This document shows, piece by piece, positions 58,652 through 64,000 of a DNA stretch of 64,000 nt. Source of the stretch: Myxococcales bacterium (GTDB taxonomy: Bacteria > Myxococcota_A > UBA9042 > JABWCM01 > BTVJ01); contig BTVJ01000026.1 of the NCBI GenBank assembly GCA_045863395.1, forward strand, positions 1-64,000. Direction: 5' to 3'. Under the pieces are notes generated by a model. The model worked only from the letters and a program-made list of their open reading frames with translations. It was not told the origin of the DNA and did not search any database. A program made the position numbers and the translations under genes. Numbering within the stretch: position 1 is the stretch's first letter; each line of letters begins with the position of its first letter.

Positions 58652-60278
58652 CGGTGGTCCCGTCACAGTCGTCGTCCACGCCATTGCCCGGCTTCTCCGC
58701 CGCGCCGGGGTGGACGCCCGGGTTGTTGTCGTTGCAGTCGCCCTGGTCGCCGGTCACGCCGTCGCCGTCGTTGTCGAGGGTCGGGTCCAGCACGACGTCG
58801 CCGTCGTAGCGTGGGTCCACCACCCAGAACTGGAGGTCGCACTTGGTCTCGTCGGAGCTCTCTCCGCACAGGTAGATGTGCCGCAGCGAGCCGGTCATCG
58901 AGGAGACGCGGCGCGGGGGGCACACGTACTGGAGGAAGCCCTGCTCGGTCGTCTCCTTGGTGCACACGCCGTTCTTGTCCGGCTGCCCCAGGTAGTCCAT
59001 GGACAGCGGCAGGAACTTCTCGGCGAGGCCCGTGGAGCCGTAGATCTTCTTCTTTCCGCCGGTCACGCCCGACCACTGGGAGTACTCGAAGTAGCCCTCC
59101 AGGTCGGCGCAATAGGGGTCGTCCTGGCACTCGCCCCGGCAGGTGTTCTCGTCGCCCTTGTCGATGAGGCCGTTGTTGTTGCGGTCGCAGGCGATGAACC
59201 GGGTCGCGACCTCCACGTCGCTGAACCGCACCAGGTTGGACTCCAGGGCCTCCAGATAGCGGCTGTTGGCGTACACGTTGGTCAGGTACTCGACCTGGTT
59301 CGCCACCAGCTCGCTCTTCAGGTCGGCCGTGACGGCAATCGGGGCTGGAGGCTCCGCGTCGACGTCGATGCCCGGGGTCTTCGGGTTGCAGGTGTCGCTT
59401 CCCTCCCAGAGGTCGTCGTAGCTCGGGAAGGTGAGCTGCGTCATGCCCACGTGCTCGTCCACGGCTCCCGAGACCTGGCAGATGATGTCGCCGTACTCGA
59501 TGAAGCGGGGCTTGGAGTAGGTGAACACGAACAGGCCGTTGAAGTAGCGGTCCTGTGCCTGATCGTCCAGGTCCACCACGTAGAAGCCGTTGGCCACCAC
59601 GTTCACCACGACGAGGCGCCCCGCGTCCACGACGACCTGCTGGCCCTCCAGCGGGGAGGTGTGCAGCTTGCTCGTGAGCTGGATGTCGCGGATGCGCGGG
59701 TTCTGGAACCACAGGGTCTCGGTCGTCCCGGTGGCGAACGTCGCCTTGGCCTCCTGGTCGTCGTCCACCGACAGGCAGCCCGGGTCTGCGAGGTCCACGA
59801 GGCCGTTTCCGTCGTTGTCCAGCCCGTCGTTGCACTGGCCGTACTTCGCCGCCTTGGGGAAGAAGCCGTCCTGCTCGATCCAGACGTGGGACTCGCCGAT
59901 GGCGCGGTTCACGAAGATCTCCAGGCCCTTGGCCTTGCCGCCCTTCACGAGGTGCCAGGACGTGGACGGCGCCACCCGCCCCGGGGTGATCCGCGCCCGC
60001 ACCATGCCAGTGAACGGGAAGTGCTTGCCGTCGCGCCCCATGGCCGCCACGTCGACCACGACCCTCACGTGGCACTCGCCGTCGACACAGACCTCGCCGT
60101 CCTCGCAGTCCGGGTCGCCGCTGCAGGGCTTGCCGCTGACGAACGGGAGGCGGTCCTTGGCGGTGCCGGCGGTGCCGGGAGTCAGGGACACCTGAAAGGA
60201 CTGGAGCCCCTGGTCCAGGGCGTACTCGCTGGTGCACCCGGCGAGCAGCGCGAGCGCGACGGTGATGGAGCGTGCCAC
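58641..60278 (-). CDS. Lipoprotein with an OB-fold-like region and Ca-binding/MopE-like motifs
   Basis: LAGC; VVNVVANGFYVVD...GLFVFT...GD....VSGAVDEHVGMTQL; DRNNNGLID; DNDGDG...DCND...GNGVDDDCDG. Confidence 0.75.
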   Translation of the reverse strand: MARSITVALALLAGCTSEYALDQGLQSFQVSLTPGTAGTAKDRLPFVSGKPCSGDPDCEDGEVCVDGECHVRVVVDVAAMGRDGKHFPFTGMVRARITPGRVAPSTSWHLVKGGKAKGLEIFVNRAIGESHVWIEQDGFFPKAAKYGQCNDGLDNDGNGLVDLADPGCLSVDDDQEAKATFATGTTETLWFQNPRIRDIQLTSKLHTSPLEGQQVVVDAGRLVVVNVVANGFYVVDLDDQAQDRYFNGLFVFTYSKPRFIEYGDIICQVSGAVDEHVGMTQLTFPSYDDLWEGSDTCNPKTPGIDVDAEPPAPIAVTADLKSELVANQVEYLTNVYANSRYLEALESNLVRFSDVEVATRFIACDRNNNGLIDKGDENTCRGECQDDPYCADLEGYFEYSQWSGVTGGKKKIYGSTGLAEKFLPLSMDYLGQPDKNGVCTKETTEQGFLQYVCPPRRVSSMTGSLRHIYLCGESSDETKCDLQFWVVDPRYDGDVVLDPTLDNDGDGVTGDQGDCNDNNPGVHPGAAEKPGNGVDDDCDGTTDEA

Positions 60279-60279
60279 G

Positions 60280-62910
60280 TCAGCCCTCCGGCTCGTCCGG
60301 GTCGAGGTCGGGAGGCAGGTCCTCCAGGTTGGGCGGGAGGATGCGGCTGATCCGCGCGTCCGACTCGGCGCGCGGGCAGGGGAGCGTCGTGCACTCGGTG
60401 TGCGCCTGCCACTCCACGTCCAGGTAGCACGCGGTCTCCCGGTCCGTCAGCGTGTAGCAGTCCCGGGGCATGCACCTCCCCTCGAAGCAGAGGCTGTAGG
60501 CGGGGCAGTCCTCGTTGCCGTCGCACAGCGCCCGGCAGCGCCCCTGCACGCACTGGGAGACCGGCGCGACGCAGAGGCCCCTTGCGCACACGTCGCCGCC
60601 TCCACAGTGCGCGTCCTCGCTGCACGGAGCGCAGCGCCCCTTGGCGCCCGGCTCGGCGCACCAGCCGTGGACGCACGCCTGCCCCGCGCCGCAGCCCTTC
60701 GTGGTGGTGCACTTGGTGCGCTTCGGCTCGCAGAAGCCGTTCCTGCACAGGGCGTCGAGCCCCTTGGCCACGCAGTCGGCGTTCTGCTTGCAGGTCGGCA
60801 GCGTGCCGAAGCAGGCGCGCACGCTGTCGGTACACTCGCCGTCCGCCTCACACGGGGTGGCGGTCGCCGGCAGACAGAACCCGCTGGAGTCGGTCTCGGC
60901 GAGCTTCACGCAGGCGTTCTGGCCCTTGGCGGCCTTGCTGGCGTGGCAGTCGCCGTCGCCCTGGCAGCGGTTGCGGCACCGGCCGAGCACACAGGTGTAG
61001 GCGGGGGTCACGCAGACGCCCTGAAAACACTCCTGGCCGTCGCCGCACTCGAGGGAGTGGGTGCACGCCTTGCACTTGCCCCCGGCGCAGGCCGCGTCGA
61101 GGCGGTAGCAGTCCCCGTCGCCCTTGCACTGGCCGTCGTCCACCGCGCAGTGGTAGGGCGTCGTCAGCTCGCCGGGCGTCGTCTCGGCGATGTGCTCGCA
61201 GAACTGCCCCCGGTACTTGACCAGCGACTCCATGCAGGCGCCGTAGGTCGTACACCCCTCGAGCTGCACCTGGCCGTCCACGCGGCAGTCGTCGATGCAG
61301 CGCTGGGAGCGGATGATCTCCTCCTGCACCGCGTCGCGCAGCGGCACCCCCGAGTCCACCTGGGTGTTGTTGATCTTGAGCACCGTGAAGCCCGACCCGC
61401 CCCCGGCGATGTAGTTGTTGGTGGCCATCTCGTAGACGCCGTAGGGGTTGATGGGCGTCTCCTGGCACAGCGTCTTGTCCTTGATGTTGGAGTCACCGCA
61501 GTTGGTGATCACGACGTTCTCGGCGCGTGGCGGGCACTCGTCGCCGCAGTTGTCGCCCTCCTTCGGGAAGGTGCAGTTCATGGTGAAGCGCAGGCCCGCC
61601 ACCTGGACCTGCGTGATGCAGCCGCGCCCCGCGCTGCGCCGCGTGGTGTAGTCCAGCAGGTCCTGGATGTCCTTGCCGCTCATGTACATGGTCGTGATCG
61701 TGTTCTCGAAGGGGAACACGTTGAAGAGGTCGTCCATGGTGATGGGGCCGGGGAAGATGTCGGTGCGGATTCCGAGCGTGTTCGTCAGCCCGAAGTCGGC
61801 CCAGGCGTGCTTGCGGATGGCCTCGGCCACGAAGTTGCCGAGGGGGGCGTCTCCGCCGTCGAAGCCGAAGCGGCGGATGTGGCGGTCCGCGAAGCCGTAG
61901 ACGCTGGTCAGGTCGAAGATCTGGTTCATCTTCAGCCGGTACGGCTCCAGGAGGTCGAGCATGACCGGATCCTCGGGCACCGAGCTGTCGATGGGGAAGA
62001 TGGCGTAGTCGTGGTTGACCACCTCGCCGTCCCGGACGACGACGTCCAGGCGCGCGACGAACTTGGCGAAGGCGCCCGGGTGGGTCAGGATCACGCTGCG
62101 GCCGGCCTTGTCCTTGATGACCTTCGGCGGGTTGAGGACGATGTGCAGGTGTCCGCCGAGGATGATGTCGAGGCCCTCGGTGTGCTGGATGATCTCCTCG
62201 TCCTCGCCGAGGCCCGCGTGGCTGACGGCGACGATCAGATCCACCTGGGGGCGGAGCACGTTGATCCAGTCCTGCACGGTCTGGACGATGTCCAGCGGGA
62301 CGATCTTGAGGCTGTTGCCGACTTCGGTCACCGACGAGATGGACGAAAAGTTGGCGATGCCGATGATCGCGATCTTCAGGCCGTCCTTGTTGACGATCTC
62401 GACCGGGCGCACCAGGTCGTTCAGGGGGTTCCCCTTGATGAACAAGTAGTTGGCGGCGATCACCGGGTACGTGGCCCACGCCTTGAGCTGCTTCGCGTAG
62501 TTCGTGAGCCCCTCGTCGAACTCGTGGTTGCCGATGACCACGGCGTCCGGTTGGAGCTGGCTCATGACCCGCTGCTCCACCTCGCCCTTGAAGGCATTGA
62601 AGATCGGTGCGCCCTGGAAACAGTCGCCGCTGTCGACGAGGACGACGCGGCCCCCCCGCGCGCGCTCCCGCTTGATGACGTGCGCCATGCGCGCCGCCCC
62701 GCCGAAGGGCTCGTTGTCCTGGAGCAGGCCCATGCCCTCGTCACCAGCGCCGACCTGAGCGCGGTAGGGAATCAGGCGAGAGTGGATGTCGGAGGTGTGC
62801 AGGAAGGTGACGCGGATATCCTGGCCCGCGAGGGTCGGGTTCTCGTGTCGCTCCGTACAGGCCGCGAGAAGGGTTGTGATGGCTATAACCAGGCGAAACC
62901 ATTGAGTCAT
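60280..62910 (-). CDS. 5'-nucleotidase/metallophosphoesterase lipoprotein with a long Cys-rich tail
   Basis: LAAC; HTSDIH, DSGDCFQG, GNHEFD, SHAG, GGHLH, N.LGIR, FPFEN. Confidence 0.92.
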   Translation of the reverse strand: MTQWFRLVIAITTLLAACTERHENPTLAGQDIRVTFLHTSDIHSRLIPYRAQVGAGDEGMGLLQDNEPFGGAARMAHVIKRERARGGRVVLVDSGDCFQGAPIFNAFKGEVEQRVMSQLQPDAVVIGNHEFDEGLTNYAKQLKAWATYPVIAANYLFIKGNPLNDLVRPVEIVNKDGLKIAIIGIANFSSISSVTEVGNSLKIVPLDIVQTVQDWINVLRPQVDLIVAVSHAGLGEDEEIIQHTEGLDIILGGHLHIVLNPPKVIKDKAGRSVILTHPGAFAKFVARLDVVVRDGEVVNHDYAIFPIDSSVPEDPVMLDLLEPYRLKMNQIFDLTSVYGFADRHIRRFGFDGGDAPLGNFVAEAIRKHAWADFGLTNTLGIRTDIFPGPITMDDLFNVFPFENTITTMYMSGKDIQDLLDYTTRRSAGRGCITQVQVAGLRFTMNCTFPKEGDNCGDECPPRAENVVITNCGDSNIKDKTLCQETPINPYGVYEMATNNYIAGGGSGFTVLKINNTQVDSGVPLRDAVQEEIIRSQRCIDDCRVDGQVQLEGCTTYGACMESLVKYRGQFCEHIAETTPGELTTPYHCAVDDGQCKGDGDCYRLDAACAGGKCKACTHSLECGDGQECFQGVCVTPAYTCVLGRCRNRCQGDGDCHASKAAKGQNACVKLAETDSSGFCLPATATPCEADGECTDSVRACFGTLPTCKQNADCVAKGLDALCRNGFCEPKRTKCTTTKGCGAGQACVHGWCAEPGAKGRCAPCSEDAHCGGGDVCARGLCVAPVSQCVQGRCRALCDGNEDCPAYSLCFEGRCMPRDCYTLTDRETACYLDVEWQAHTECTTLPCPRAESDARISRILPPNLEDLPPDLDPDEPEG

Positions 62911-63133
62911 CGCGCACCGTCCCTCGTTGGCCCGCCGGCCCGGCGCAACAGGTATCACACGCCCACCCCCCGATCAAGCCGTGGCGCCCAAGGGGGTGAA
63001 CGTAACCCGCGCGCAGATCGCGGGATGTGGGGCCGGGCGACGTGGGTTGAACCGGCGTTCGCGCTCTGGAATACTGTCGCGCGGTCCCGCGCGGGGACCT
63101 GCCGCCCACGCCCCAACTCTCCTCGGAGGCCTC

Positions 63134-63715
63134 ATGCTCCCCCGCAGAGCCATACTCTTGATGCTGCTGCTGCTTGCAGCGCCCGCGCGCGCCACCGTCG
63201 TCCTCGAGGTAGGCCTCGACGACATGAGCCGCACCTCGGACGTGATCTTCCACGGCGTCGTGACCCGGACCGACGTCGTTGCCGTCGGCGGGGACGCCAC
63301 GCGACTCGTAACCGACGTCACCTTCTCGCTGACCGAGGTGCTCAAGGGGCGGGCGCTCGTGCCGGAGCCGAGCTTCACGCTCCGGCTGATCGGGGGGCAA
63401 CGGGGCGGGCTCGAGCTGCGCATCCCTGGGATGCCGCGCTTCAGTGAAGGGGACGAGGTCGTCATGTTCCTGGAGCGCACCGAGGGAGGCTTCGCCATCA
63501 CGGGTCTGTCCCAGGGGCGCTTCGAGGTGCGCGTCGATGCTGAGACCGGCGAGCGGGTGGTCGACCGGTCGCTCGGAAGCGTGGGGGTGGCGCGGTTCGG
63601 TGCGGGCGGCGAGTTCGAGATGACAGAGGCGCCGGCCAGCCTGGTGCGCTACCCCCTTGCGAACCTGCTCGACGAGGTGCGCCACTGGATCGCCGAGGAC
63701 GGGGTGGCCCGATGA
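63134..63715 (+). CDS. Secreted hypothetical protein
   Basis: GGAGG SD; signal ending ARA; SDVIFHGVV...IGG...PGMPRF.EGDEVVMFL...GLSQGRF. Confidence 0.75.
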   Translation: MLPRRAILLMLLLLAAPARATVVLEVGLDDMSRTSDVIFHGVVTRTDVVAVGGDATRLVTDVTFSLTEVLKGRALVPEPSFTLRLIGGQRGGLELRIPGMPRFSEGDEVVMFLERTEGGFAITGLSQGRFEVRVDAETGERVVDRSLGSVGVARFGAGGEFEMTEAPASLVRYPLANLLDEVRHWIAEDGVAR

Positions 63716-64000
63716 AGCGCGCCCTCCTGATCGTGTCGGGCCTGCTGCTCTGGGCGCCTGCTGCCTCCGCGTCCAGCATCGCCCTGTCGGACTACTACAA
63801 CAAGCTCGTCCGGTGGACCATCTCGACGGTCCCGTACCACCTGAACCCCGCCGGCTCCGACGACATCGGGGACGGCAGCGACATCCAGGCCATCAAGGAG
63901 TCGTTCAACGACTGGATCACGCTCCCGTGCTCGTCGCTGAAGATCAACCACCTGGGGGCCGCCGGCAACACGAGCCTGCTGACGGGTGCTCAGGCCAACG
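63712..64000 (+). CDS. Partial secreted protein, probably a matrixin-like metalloprotease (runs off the window)
   Basis: ATGA overlap; MKRALL...ASA signal; VRW....VPYHLN.AGSDD......AIKESFNDW...CS; catalytic motif is not within the window. Confidence 0.55.
   Translation, partial: MKRALLIVSGLLLWAPAASASSIALSDYYNKLVRWTISTVPYHLNPAGSDDIGDGSDIQAIKESFNDWITLPCSSLKINHLGAAGNTSLLTGAQAN

Overview
High-GC bacterial chromosome segment. The gene content (sigma54 activator + gspC-N, many Cys-rich and MopE-motif lipoproteins, TSP3-OmpA) suggests a Myxococcota/deltaproteobacterial origin; this is an inference. From ~16.6 kb to 64 kb it is mostly conserved-looking: sulfatase-like protein, NtrC-type activator, a complete type II secretion operon, CNNM transporter, lgt/lspA, OmpA, manC/PMM/yvcK, citrate synthase, DAHP synthase, TlpA, and a 5'-nucleotidase/OB-fold lipoprotein/OM-barrel operon. 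The first 16.6 kb is an accessory hotspot around mscS-dnaK. It holds two lower-GC cassettes, each encoding a secreted protease plus Cys-rich lipoprotein(s). In each cassette the first gene is out of frame at a homopolymer tract (G16 and C10), which makes them candidate phase-variable contingency loci. The cassettes lie next to partial duplications of the dnaK/sulfatase divergent promoter and the sulfatase 5' end. Also present are nested IS66 remnants, two ~160-bp MITE-like elements, a frameshifted vapBC and an ATPase pseudogene. I saw no CRISPR array, rRNA or tRNA. All calls come from reading motifs by eye; no database searches were run.
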